Below, in pieces: positions 40,528 through 52,831 of a stretch of 64,000 nucleotides of DNA. Origin of the DNA: Chrysomallon squamiferum (taxonomy: Eukaryota; Animalia; Mollusca). The stretch spans positions 186,001 to 250,000 of the forward strand of contig CM022670.1 of the NCBI GenBank assembly GCA_012295275.1, given 5' to 3'. The notes under the pieces were generated by a model. That model was not told the DNA's origin. It made no database searches and was given only the letters and a program-made list of their open reading frames with translations. Each line of letters opens with the position of its first letter. The stretch's first letter is position 1. The translations under genes and the position numbers were made by a program.

Positions 40528-40570
40528 AGGCTGTAGTCCAGTGGTTAGAGTGCTCGACTGACATGTGACA
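40528..40570 (+). mobile_element. Isolated tRNA-like SINE head (A-box)
   Basis: GGCTGTAGTCCAGTGGTTAGAGTGCTCGACTGA fits TAGCNNAGTGGTTAGAGC, then similarity ends. No B-box. Confidence 0.5.
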
Positions 40571-40746
40571 AGTAACATAATCTGTCATCTCTATGGTTAG
40601 CTTTGACTACTGTATGTGATTTCCCATTACGCACTGTTTAGATAAAAGTTGATGGTATCTGCTGTCCTTATAATGGAAATATGAATGTTAAAAAAAATTA
40701 ATTTTATATACAGAGTGAAATCACTGACTTGTCTTATCTGTAATAA

Positions 40747-40779
<33 letters not shown>

Positions 40780-40910
40780 GCTATGAAATGATTTCAGTCC
40801 AGACAGTAAAATAAAACATGGTATGTACTGCAATTATGCATGAGTGTATGAATTTTATAAAATTGGAATTCACTAACATACAGTAGTTAAAGAAATTACT
40901 TTCATTGGGA

Positions 40911-41260
40911 GTAGCTGTTTGCCTGGTTTTGTCTATAACAATGTGACTGTGATAATGATTCACATATCAGAATTCAGTAAAACATCATGTGTGCAGACTT
41001 ATTTACCAAAAAGTCAATTTTAAACACATTTCAATTACTTTCAGTATAATAGTCTAGCCTTAGCCTGTCACCATAACAACATCACTGAGTTGAAGATGCA
41101 TGTATTAGAATTCTCTAAAATATGATAAGATAATAAAACACGGTAAGTGCTACACTTATCTCCAGAAAAATATATTTATACAAATTATTTTTACCAGCGT
41201 AGCCCTTTGCCTGGTTTTGTCTCCATAACAATGTCACTGGGTTGAAGATGCATGTACTGG
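40911..41260. repeat. Decayed tandem repeat, about 144-bp unit, about 2.5 copies
   Basis: GTAGC..TTTGCCTGGTTTTGTCT at 40911 and 41199 (288 bp apart). CATAACAA..TCACTG.GTTGAAGATGCATGTA is shared by the middle and last units. Confidence 0.75.
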
Positions 41261-41437
41261 CATTTTCTGACCAGAAATGGTTTCAGCCACGCAATAGGGC
41301 CATGAATCAGCTTGTGTAGGGAAACAATTAAGAGAAGTGGTTTGTGTAAATTTCACAAGTAAATATTCATGTTGCATGTCACACTGGAGTTAGGAGATTC
41401 AAATGCTGAATCTTATTGTTTGACTCTTGTTTACTTG

Positions 41438-41468
<31 letters not shown>

Positions 41469-41688
41469 ATTTCTGTGTTTATGTATGTGTGTGTGTTGTG
41501 TTGTTTATGTATGTTTGTGTGTATGTTAATTTTCTCCATTTGTAGAATTATATGTTAAAATGTGTTTGTCTCATTAGTATGTTTTATGCATATAGTGAAT
41601 ATTATACATATGTGTTGTGTGTATGTGTGTGTTTCTGAATGCATGTATGCATGTACATATTACATCTGTATGATGACTGAGTGAGTGT

Positions 41689-41720
<32 letters not shown>

Positions 41721-42373
41721 CAGTATATAGATCTGTGATGTTTGAGAGAGAAGCTACATTTGCAGATTGCAAGGAATAAAGAGTGATATTCAGACTAACG
41801 CAAACTGTTACAAAACTATGACTCACAGTTGTAAATGTCAATAATCTTTGTAACCTAATCTGTTAAAACTCAATATTCTAACAATACTGTCACAAAACAA
41901 AACAAAACAACAAAAAAAAAACATGAAAAAAAATCCAGCCCAAACAAATCTGGATAAAATTTAAAAACAACAACAATAACATCACAGGGTCCAAGAACAT
42001 AGCCCCTGCATAATTCTGGCTAAACTTGCAAGGACAAAATCAAATTCTCAGTTCACTGGTGGATTTCAATAATGAAATTAATAATAAATCTTCATTGCAG
42101 GTTTGAGTTATGGAATGCTTTAACTGGCACAATGCCACCTGATCCTGTGCTAGATTTACTGCAGATTTCTATTGTTTAGGTTGCAGAGTGATGTCATCAC
42201 TGGTCTTTTTGTCACAAATCTCTCCACTGCTGGGATCTCTCATTAGCATGTGGTGTCATTGCAACACATGTTACAGAAATCGGCTAAATTAAATTTTCAG
42301 CTGACTCGGAATTTAAACAGTTGGATTGAAAAAGCTTAACAAAGAACTTCTATTAGGTCCTTCACATTTTTGC

Positions 42374-42414
<41 letters not shown>

Positions 42415-42898
42415 AAATTGTAATCTTTCCCTTTTTCTTTTGTTTTAATTTTAATGTTATGGTTCTTGATTTTTTGTTAGCTCTTTCATTTTCTATTTTT
42501 CTTTTCTAATAAAATATTGTATTTTTTCTTAAACTTTTATTAACAAAATTTATTTAAATTTTTATTTATTAAATTTTTTATTTTATTTTAAATGTTACCA
42601 CTTTTCAGAACATTTTCTTCTTTACAAAGCTTTAATATCTTTTAATTTTTTTCTCTGTTAAATTGTTTCTTTTAAATTATTTTTCCTTTCAAAATTTTTC
42701 TTCTAATATCTTTTTTCTTTTAAAAGTTTTATTTTTAATTCCTTTTAAAGAAGAAGAAAAAAATCACTATTGGCCCTATTTGTAAATTAATCCGACAATA
42801 AAACAGCCTTAGAGTGTGACATTATTGGGCATAAAATAGAACAATAATGTGTGATTCACAACATTAAATTGCTCCAACGACCTGGCAATCAATTGTGG

Positions 42899-43480
42899 GA
42901 TTTCATTTAAATACTTGTGTGTTAGTGTCGCCAGCCCTCCCTCCTCCTCCTCCATCTCTCCCCCTCTAGAATTTAATTTAAATAATACCATCATCATTCT
43001 TTACCCCCTGCACAGATTTCATCTAAATACTTGTGTGTTGATTTTGACAATAGCCATTTGTTTTTCCTATTCCCATTACTCATTTCTTTTGTCAACTTTT
43101 TTTTTTCAGTTTTGTTTTTGGTGACACCAACTGTCCCTTCCAACCCTTCTAAATCCACCCTTAGATTTCATTTAGACACTTGTTTCATTTTTACCAGTTT
43201 CTCCTTTATCTCATCTTTTTAGGTCTATCCATCCATTTCTTTTAAATATTTTTTTCCTTTCCCCTATTCACCCTCCTAAAATCTCTCTTAAATTTTACCT
43301 TTCGATTTCATTTTTATATTCTACATTTAATATTTTGTGATTCAATTGTGCAACCTTCCATTCCATAGTCTCCTAAAACCCACCCCCCTATTTCATTATT
43401 CGTTTATTTCTCCCCCAGCTGACCCTCCTAAAAACCTCCCTTAATTTTCATTTAATCACTTGTCTCAGTTTTAGCAGCTT
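42899..43480. repeat. Decayed C-rich tandem repeat, about 140-bp unit
   Basis: GATTTCAT.TA.A.ACTTGT or a close variant at about 42899, 43015, 43163 and 43444. ACCCTYCTAAA at about 43143, 43270 and 43422. Confidence 0.65.
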
Positions 43481-43940
43481 CCCCCTCACTCTCATCCCCC
43501 TGCTAATCCCTCTCTGCCTCTGTCTGTTGCGGAGTCATCAAGTGTTAGAGCACATTGTTATTGTGCTTGTGAAAATATTACCCCTCTGATTGCTGATTCA
43601 CTGCTTTTTATTCATCTGTTTGAACAGCCTAATGCTCCCAGTGAATCTATCACTTAAAATGGACACCGTGCATCTTTGAGTGTTTAGCATTTTAAGTAGC
43701 TGCCTCTGTGCAAGAGCATGTCTCTTTGTAACAGGTTTATGGGAGTCTTGTTAGGGCTTTGTATGGCTAGGATGATCTGTGTGAGGTGTTTTTTTTTTAT
43801 TATTCTCTTGGCCTGTCTCATTCAATTGGAGAGAAATTCTCATTTGTCCAGTTCAATCTGTTGGCTAAAGAGAAGTTTTCTTGGTGATGGGGTTGGATAC
43901 GTGTTTTTATTGTGCAGCTTTACTGTTCACATGTGTGACA

Positions 43941-44061
43941 CTGTGCAGGTCTTGTTTGTGTGTCTCTGTCTGTGCAGGTCTTGTTTGTGTGTCTCTGTCT
44001 GTGCAGGTCTTGTTTCTGTGTCTCTGTCTGTGCAGGTCTTGTTTGTGCGTCTCTGTCTGTG
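43941..44061. repeat. 29-bp minisatellite TGTGCAGGTCTTGTTTGTGTGTCTCTGTC, 4 copies
   Basis: Unit starts at 43942, 43971, 44000 and 44029. Confidence 0.95.
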
Positions 44062-44318
44062 GATGGAAGCTTTTAAAGAGGGATGAATGTATTAGGGAAT
44101 CATTTATTTATCATGATGTATGAAATAATGTGCTTGATATGTAATTTATGTAATATATAAATGCATGTAGTGTAATGTAGTGTTATGTTTCTATTAAGTC
44201 CTATTAACATATGTATGTATGTAAAGAAATGTGTATGTTATTGTACAAAAATAATGTATATGGAGTATATATAATCAGTATTTATGAATAAGAATGTATA
44301 TAGATATATACTGGTACA

Positions 44319-44358
<40 letters not shown>

Positions 44359-45632
44359 GCATATGTGCATTTGTATGTAAATATGTGTGTATTTTTATAC
44401 AAACATCATCCATTCAAAAGTATCTGTATACGTCACTAACAAATTACATAGTTTACTCAAAGCACTTCAAAGCACTTCACTACACTTCACACACTTCTCA
44501 GTCTTGTTGTTGATACCTTATATCTGTACATTATCCTTGGCCACTGTCCACCCATTACCCCAGTGTCCATACATTACCCCAGTGTTTGCACAAGGATTAT
44601 CTGTAAGAGCTTGTAAGCTATCTTTATTTATCTGATTAATCTCTGGACTGTGAGTGTTATCATGCAGTTAACCCACCAGACTTAGGAAGCATTCAGACAA
44701 GCAAATGTTTATGTTGTGTGAAGTGAAAACACTTGTATTTTTTAGCCATTGGTGGGAGAGTCATAGTAGTTTCAAGTCAAGTGGACATTGTGATAGAACA
44801 TATTTACTCGTTAAATTGATTGCCGTGACTCTCTACTGTCTGGTAAATATGTTAATAAAGTACATAATTTAGTTATGTCTTTAAAGTATTAGAAAGTAGC
44901 TTGTATGCATTTAGTGTCTATTCAACTGAGTATGTTGTTGGTACTAGGACATTAACCTGTACAGTTAATATAGTATCACAGTAATGTACAAGTTTATGAG
45001 AAGTTAAAGAAAACACTTTCTTTGTTTTATTAATTTATTGTGTGCACAGAAATATGACAGTATGAATATATAGAAATTTAGTAATTATTTTGTCTGAAAA
45101 TACATATATTATAGATTTATACGTTTTATTTAATAAATGGTAAAAGAAAATGAAAATCTCTGTTTTCTGCTATCAAAGATTGGCAAGAACAAACACAAAA
45201 CAAAATATTAGGATGCTTGTTTATTGCCAGTCTTTATTTTTAGCAAAGGTTTCTAAGGGAAAATATAAGCATTCAGTTTTATTGTTGAATGTTCTTGAGT
45301 CAAATAAGTAGGGAAAAAACCCCAAAAACAAAATTTCATTTGGACGTAAGCAAAATATTATTTGGCTCTTTGTACGCACCATCTAATGTAAATAAAATTT
45401 AATGAGTGAGTTATTACAACTGATTTATATGTACGTAACATTTCACCTGTTTGTTTTAAAATATTACTGCTCTTCACCTGTTCAAAGCAATTAAGCACTG
45501 GAACATCCTCGCAGAGTTAAACAAGTTATCTCTGTTGTATTTATCTTGTGAACAAGCAGTAAGTCTGGGTCAAGAGACCACTGGAATAATTTGCCCTTTC
45601 ATCAAGTATGCTAGAAGCTAATTGGTGCTGAC

Positions 45633-45745
45633 TTATCAAAGAGCTCTCCTGATTGGTTAACTAAGTACCTGTGTTTATCAAAGGCTTCGCGTGATTGGAT
45701 GACTAAGTACCTGTGCTTATCAAAGCAATCAAATGATTGGATAAC
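45633..45745. promoter_or_regulatory. Three-unit 42-bp array of composite TTATCAAAG-N8-TGATTGG (GATA/TCF plus CCAAT) motifs
   Basis: TTATCAAAG at 45633, 45675 and 45717. TGATTGG at 45650, 45692 and 45734. Confidence 0.55.
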
Positions 45746-45964
45746 AAGATACATGCAGTGTCTGGCTGATAAAATTCCCAGTTTCATCATAATTGATAAT
45801 TGGTAGCTGCTGACAACATTATCAGCTTACCACTGACAGTTTTCAGTTTTTATATACAGGTAATTGTGAAAAGGTGTTTTCAGTTTTAAAATGAATCATT
45901 TAATCCCATTTACAAATTTTATGCTTTTAATTTTACCATCATACTCTTTTTTTAACCCAATCAG

Positions 45965-46130
45965 CCTGTAGCTTGGTTCAGAAGTGTTCACCTGAGGGTT
46001 GCTGGTTCAGTCTTCTTGGTCTAGCCTGTAGGACTATATCTTGATCCAGTCAGTGTTTCACATTGGTGTTCAGTTTCCTCACCCCAGCAGACTGCAGATG
46101 AAAGTACTCTTGCTGCTAATAAAAAGACTT
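45965..46130 (+). mobile_element. Highly decayed copy of the same tRNA-derived SINE
   Basis: Head-like GTAGCTTGG..GTGTTCACCTGAGG, middle GACTATATCTTGATCCAGTCAGTG and core AAAGTACTCTTGCTGCTAATAAAAAGA occur in the expected order. Confidence 0.5.
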
Positions 46131-46640
46131 GACTACATTTAACTTTCACAATGATTATAAAATGAATGAGGTGCCAATGCAGAATTTTCATTCAATTTTA
46201 AAAAAGATGTATTGTGTAATTCAGATTTTAGTTTTAGTTTATTTATGCATGTTGCATTATATTTCTAATCTCCCATTCCAAATTTGCTGCATAAAGTTCC
46301 TGTGAATGTATATAATGTATTTATATTATTGACAAAACTACTACAACTAAAAGAGAGAAAGAAAAAATAAATAAAAAAATAAATATAAAGCTTTATTTCT
46401 GTACTAAAATGATTTGCTCATATAAACAAAGTTAATTTTGATCAGTGATGCTATAACAACATAGTTAATAATTTGCTACTGGGTGTGTTACTTCTCTGAT
46501 AATTCTGATGTGAAGTTAAAAATACACTCAATCAACATCAAGTATTCATTTTTATTTACATCATTTTGTGTAAATCATTCACTGACTGCAGTAAACAACA
46601 AATCTTAGACGATATAACTATCAGTTGTCTAGAGAAACAG

Positions 46641-46860
46641 TCTCTCTCTCTCTCTCTCTCTCTTTAAATACATACATACATATATACATACATACATACA
46701 TACATACACATGCACACATATATAAAAGAAACCAAAAGACACACATGGATACAATGAGATACTTAAAACAAATAGATACAAGAACATATATATACAGACA
46801 CACATACAGTTAAACAAAACGCATACTGAGATAACATACATACAAACACATGCATAAACC
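46641..46860. repeat. (CT)n followed by (TACA)n/(CA) simple repeats
   Basis: Direct inspection. Confidence 0.85.
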
Positions 46861-48055
46861 ACTTACACTCTCAATCACATGCACATAACTAATGTAAATA
46901 TAACATATACTTCACACGACACTCATAAACTGGCCCCCTATCTTCCCTTCCCCGTATCTCACAGATGTCTATAAAGTGGATGCAGCTAAGTGTAAACTGA
47001 AAAGTGTAGTTAATCACAAAATTCAATCTTTTACTTGTTCCCTAACACAGATTATCACTTTGCAAAGGTTTTATGGTCAGGTTTGATTGGATGGCTATTT
47101 TATGAGGATACTTAGACGAGGAGAAATCTTTTTATGGAGACAGATTGTCAGTCAGAGCAGACTTTTATGAGTGAGAGCCAGATAAAAACACAGAACTGCA
47201 GGTGTGGTTTTCTCTCACTCACCCAGAGAAATGTCATATACAGACTGGGCTGGACAGTGTTGGAGCCTCTTAACTCAGTCTACAAGGAGTTTTGTGTGTA
47301 CTTGCCTGTATATTTTTTTGTATTAATACTCTTTTATGTACGTATTGGTTGAGTTTTATTAAATTTATATTCAAAATCATAGAACATGTTATATTTATTT
47401 AATTTTTTATTATTTAGGTGTTGTTTTTTTTTTTTTTTTTTAATTTTTGTTTACATCTTCTTTTTAATATTATTGCCATGGTTTTGATTGTCTTCAATTT
47501 TTTTGTTCCTTTTTATGTTAAATTCTTGAATCCCAGATTGTTTCTTTTTTATTTATTGCTTATTTTTTTGATTTTGGTGTAAAAATTATTACTATTGTTA
47601 TTATTTAATTAATTAATTCATTTTTTAAAGATTTGTTATTATTATTACAATTATTATTATTTATTTTTTTTGTTGTAAATAATATTTATTAATCCTGAAT
47701 ATATCTCCATTTTATATCACTTTGTTATTTTTGTCAATAATATTTTTCTGGTTGTTTTGACATCTTGGTTTTTGTGAGGTTATGAATAGGTGTTGTTCTT
47801 TGTTATGTCTTGGCTTTTCATTATGCACACTTCTCGACTCTCACTGAGTTCTGCTGGCTGCATGTCATCTATTTCCAGATGAAACTGATACTAAGACTTA
47901 CTCAGCCAGACTCTTCTGTGTTTAACACTTGATGAGCATTCCAACATCACACCCAGGAATTCTCTGATCTATTTCCTATCATAGTTTTGAATTTCTACAT
48001 GTCAGATGTCTTAGCAGCTTTGTCAGAGGTGAATTTCAAATATCTTCTAATTCCC

Positions 48056-48640
48056 CTCCAGACTTTATTTTATTACCTTTCACTTTTCACTTGGTCTCAC
48101 CAGTGACAGAACATTGTGCTTTCGTTACACTACTGGCCCGAGGCATGGTAGATCAAGGGATCGAATCTTCTCAGAGTTTTTTCCAGAATGACATTTTGTT
48201 TTATTACATGTCTAATACCTTTCTCTGTCCATCTAGTGTTACTGAATGTGGGTAGTAGAGGTATGGTCAGACTGATGACTTGGGGCATCATGGATCAAGG
48301 GATCAAACCTTCTGAGAGCTCTTTTCAAGCTATTTCTAGAATCAAACTTTATTTATTACTTGTTTCAAAGCATTTCACTGTCAGCTTGGTGTTCAGTTAA
48401 AGGATATAGTGTTGTTAGACTGCTGGCTTCAGGTGTAAATAGTCGCAGGTTCATTTTCGTCTACATCCCGTTCCAGACTTTATTTCATTGTTTAAAGTAT
48501 TTCACTCTTAAGTTGCTGTTACTAGAAACTGGAGTAGGATATGGTGAGGTAAATACAGGATCAAGGCATGGCGTGTCACAGGATAAATGTTCGTATTTCC
48601 TGTTTCAGACTTTATTTCATCATTTGCTTAAGTTTTTTCC
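48056..48640 (+). repeat. Decayed tandem array (about 140-bp unit, about 4.3 copies), each unit with a SINE/tRNA-like head
   Basis: CAGACTTTATTT at about 48059, 48474 and 48606, with variants at 48181 and 48334. B-box-like GGATCGAATC at 48158, GGATCAAACC at 48300 and GGTTCA at 48448. Confidence 0.6.
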
Positions 48641-51045
48641 TATTCCTTGATGTCTTTACTGATGTTAGTTTACAGAATTGTTTTGGTTAAAGTTCTTGGA
48701 CTGTGCTGGAAAGATTGCAACATCAGATCATTGGGCTTTTCCCTTTCTATCCAAAGATTCTGACTGATTTTTAAATTTAAAACAAAAAAATTAATTTTTT
48801 TTTTTTTAATTTTTTTTTGAGGGAGTTTTTTTTTTTTTTTTTTTCTCATTTTTCAAAACAATGGCAAAAATAGTATTCATTCTCAGGAAGATGTAAATAA
48901 AAGATTTCTTGTTACTAACAGAATGAAGTAGCCAGTTGCCACAGAAAAGTTTGTTAGAACTTGTAAATATTTGACATTCCGCAGATAGCGTTAGAAAAAT
49001 AATCAATATGGTTCAGTGGTGCCATTAAACTTTCATTAAGTGGTTTTAAATGTAGGAAAATAAGTTTTAAAAAAAACTGAAGTAAAAAAAATAGCCATCA
49101 CACAGTATATTTAGTTAAATAAACAACCAATTATATAGATAAAAATAATATTACTGTTTTAAAAATCCGAAACAACTATGAGCCTCAGAATTTTTTTTTT
49201 ACTAATTTTCATATTAACATTTTTATATAATATTATTTTTTTTAAAAAGTAAAAAAGAAATAAATAAATAAAAAAGAAAGAAATAAAGAAATAAAGAAAA
49301 AAGAAAAATTCAGATTTCAAATTAATGTTTTTGTATTTGGATGAAAGATTAGAAGATTTACAGCAACAATTAGTGGATGATCAGTGGTGTTTACAAAAAA
49401 CACGAGAGCTCAGATAAACATGGTTGTCATTCAACCGTGTTTGAAGCGGTGGTTGATGTTTTTACCTGTTGCCGTTCTCTGTCAGTGGGTGCACAGGTAA
49501 TCAAAACTAATTTAAACACCTGAACTGAAAGGTGTTTAAAAAAGTAAGATTTTAAAAAATGATGAAAAACCCCAGAGATTGTTGAAATAGTTTCTTAAAA
49601 TAAATAAATAAATAAATAAATAAATAAAAAAGATACTGGTGCAGTTACATGAAATTCCAGAGACAAAAAATGTTTTCTTAGTTTATATAATTAAGTTTGT
49701 ATATAATAAATGTGTATAATATTTTGTATCATTACCAGTTAGTTTTTTTTTTATATTGAAATAAATAATAAATAATAATTTAAAAAAAATGATGCCAAAC
49801 ATACATGTTTATACTGAATACAGTTATGAGAACCAGCTGACTGTTTATCAGTTCACAACATCTCATGTGCAAACTGACAACAATTATCTGATTTATACGT
49901 ACACACACAGACAAACATACGTACACACAAAGTGTTTTAAAAAGATCAGCCTCAGTGGTTTATCTCATCTAATGTGAAATTACACAGACATGTTACACAC
50001 ATACCCAGATAGATGTACATACACTGACACACACATGTACACAGTGTACTTTAAACAGAACAACCTCACTGCTTTATGTGATAACCTCACCTAATGTGAA
50101 AATTGACCCCATAATAGTCATCTGGTTTTCATCGAAGATTGCCACCCAATGACATTTCGTCAATAAAAGAAAGATCTAATTGTTTTTTGCCTGTGTTCAC
50201 TGACCCTTTTGATTACGTCGGCTACATTTCATGTCATTTCCATGCCCATTGCTTGGCTTTGAACGCTTCAAATTGTTCGAAATGAAAGGGCCTTCATCAC
50301 TTTGAGAGAGGATGATGTTGAAATTAACTTCAGCAAAATCAAATCTGTCAAGTCTTCAGTGTTTCCTTTTGCTGAGAAATTTCCACTGCAAATTGAAAGT
50401 AAGATATTTGCATTTATTTGCTTTTAGTGTCATACTTGCCTTTTTATTTGTCTGTGGTTTCAAATTTACATTTTATTTCTACCCATAGTTTGTGGTTTCA
50501 GATTTACAGCTTCTTTATATATGATTATATTCTCTGAATCTGTAATATCAATTTATATCTTTAAAAAAAGAAAGAATAAAACACACTGCACCACTGTTGT
50601 CTTATGAAGAAAAGAGAAATTCTGACTCTCTGTCAGATGTGAAATACAAATAAAAACACAGTTCACTGAGGAGATATATATTTTGTCTTCTGTTGTTTCA
50701 ACAATATTGGTACATAAATGTTTTGGCAATCCAGACTTATAATTGTGTCTATGTGTTTATCATCAAGGAAGATCTCCGAATGATTAGACATGGAGGGGAG
50801 GGGGCTAATTAAAAATAAACTGATACAGTGGAAGGCTGATGTATAATTAGGAAGGGAGATGATTACTGTAATAGTATAGTCAGATAATGACTATAATGTC
50901 ACAGTCAAGAAGGAAAAAATATTATAATTAATATGTAGACATTACTGGAAAAGCTAGAAACCAGTCCAATTAGGACAAAGTATAAAATGTTTACTTGGTG
51001 GGAAAAGACAAAAAATACTGTAGTCACAAATACACACGCACATGC

Positions 51046-51086
<41 letters not shown>

Positions 51087-51667
51087 TATACATATGGTGG
51101 GACAAATAATAAAATATTATATTCAGAATGAATATATGGTGGGAAGAGATAGAAAATGATACTGTTAAAAAATACATTAGAAAAAGATACTGATTGCAGA
51201 TTTTGTGGAAGTCTCCATTATAAATGGTCCCATAGCATGTCAAAAGCAATGAAGCAGTGAAACAACAACAGTTAATTAAAAAAATATTGTGATTTATAGA
51301 CACACTGCTATAACAAGAGGCAAAGGAATCAGTGATTTGAAAGTTGTTTCTGCAAGAAGAAGTAAAAACGTCTTCTGCTGATGAAGATAAATGACACACT
51401 GCGTCTGTTTTGTTCACTTTCAGAACAAGAAGAAATGAAGATAATAGTTGTTTCAGAAGAAGTGATTTAATGTCAGGAAGTTTTTCTTGAGTTCCTTGTT
51501 GATTTTCTGAAAGAACAGAAAAATAAACAAAAATATCAAAATAGTAATTATGTCATCAGAAATATTTTAAAGTTACCTATCACTTTATACACAGTCATTT
51601 GATTGAGTGTTGATAGTCAGTTATTATTTTTTCTCATATATTCTAAGTCACTGGGATAAAAACATTA

Positions 51668-51998
51668 ACAATAACAATAACAACTACAACAACAACAACA
51701 ACAATAATAATAATAATAATAATAACAATAACAATAACAACAATAACAATAACAATAACAACAATAATAATAATTATAGTAATAACAATAATAATAATAA
51801 TCATAATTCCAGCAATAAGAACATCAGCAAAAATAATAATAAAAATAATTCTACTACTGCTACCATGAGTAGTACCACTACCACCAACAGCAACAACTAC
51901 AACAATAATAATTAATGTTAACATTATTATTACTACCACTACCACTAAAACAACTTTTACTACTGTTACTGTTAATAATAATAATAACAAAAATAACA
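51668..51998. repeat. (AAT/AAC/ACT)n compound trinucleotide repeat
   Basis: Direct inspection. Source of the poly-N and poly-I/V ORFs. Confidence 0.95.
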
Positions 51999-52471
51999 AT
52001 GGTTGTGATAAATATTTGACTTTTTAAACAGAGATAATAAAAGATACGTATGAAATATTTTTGAAGAAATGAATACTGTCATATTTCTGTCATATACTTT
52101 TACAAATAAAATAAATCACATTTATGACACATATTTGAAAAAAAACCAACTCATTTATTACAAAAACTACTATTTTTCTTCTGCTTCAAAAACATTGAGA
52201 ATTCTTCCGATTCCATCTCTGATAGATGGCACTGCCTGTTCTGTCACACATGTCAGAGGTCAATGTCAGAACTGCCAATGCCTGTCAAAACATGGACACA
52301 CCCACTAACCCTACCTATTACCATATCCCAAAGAATGTTTTTTTTCTTCTTCTTCTTCTTCTTCTTCTTTGGTATCAGATGGAAATGTTAAAATGTCTTG
52401 GACATTCCTGTAATGGGAAGTTTCCTTGTGAGAATCCTGGGTGTCATTTAGCCAGCCCATCAAAGCCTGGC

Positions 52472-52533
52472 CTGGCAGTCAAGGAATTGGTTTTTGGTTT
52501 CTGGCAGTGAAGGAACTGGTTTTTGGTTTCTGG
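52472..52533. repeat. 29-bp tandem duplication CTGGCAGTSAAGGAAYTGGTTTTTGGTTT
   Basis: Copies at 52472 and 52501. Confidence 0.9.
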
Positions 52534-52687
52534 TGTGAGATGAGTGATGGTGGAGTTGTGTTTGTGGTCATTAGCCTCTGTGTTCTACTCATTCACCACT
52601 TACACTGCATCTCTGCTGTCAGATTTCTGTCATTATTCTAGTGAGCTGTTTAGTCATTGATACCTAGTACATATGTACTTATAAAAG

Positions 52688-52831
52688 AACACACACACAC
52701 ACACACAGAGACAAACACAAACACACACACATACACACATACACACAACACACACACACACACACACAAAACACACACATACACATTTACACATAAACAT
52801 ACACATACACACATCCATATATACATACACA
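52688..52831. repeat. Degenerate (CA)n simple repeat
   Basis: Direct inspection. Confidence 0.9.

Noticed and set aside
45633-45745. CRISPR-like repeat/spacer appearance
   Set aside because: Only three units with 8-nt variable parts, in a eukaryotic context with no cas genes.
50905-51417. 170-aa minus-strand ORF
   Set aside because: It runs through a (TG)n microsatellite, has AT-driven F/I/Y/C composition, and shows no recognisable domain or splice framing.
51607-51999. Poly-Asn and poly-Ile/Val ORFs
   Set aside because: They are translations of an (AAT/AAC)n microsatellite.
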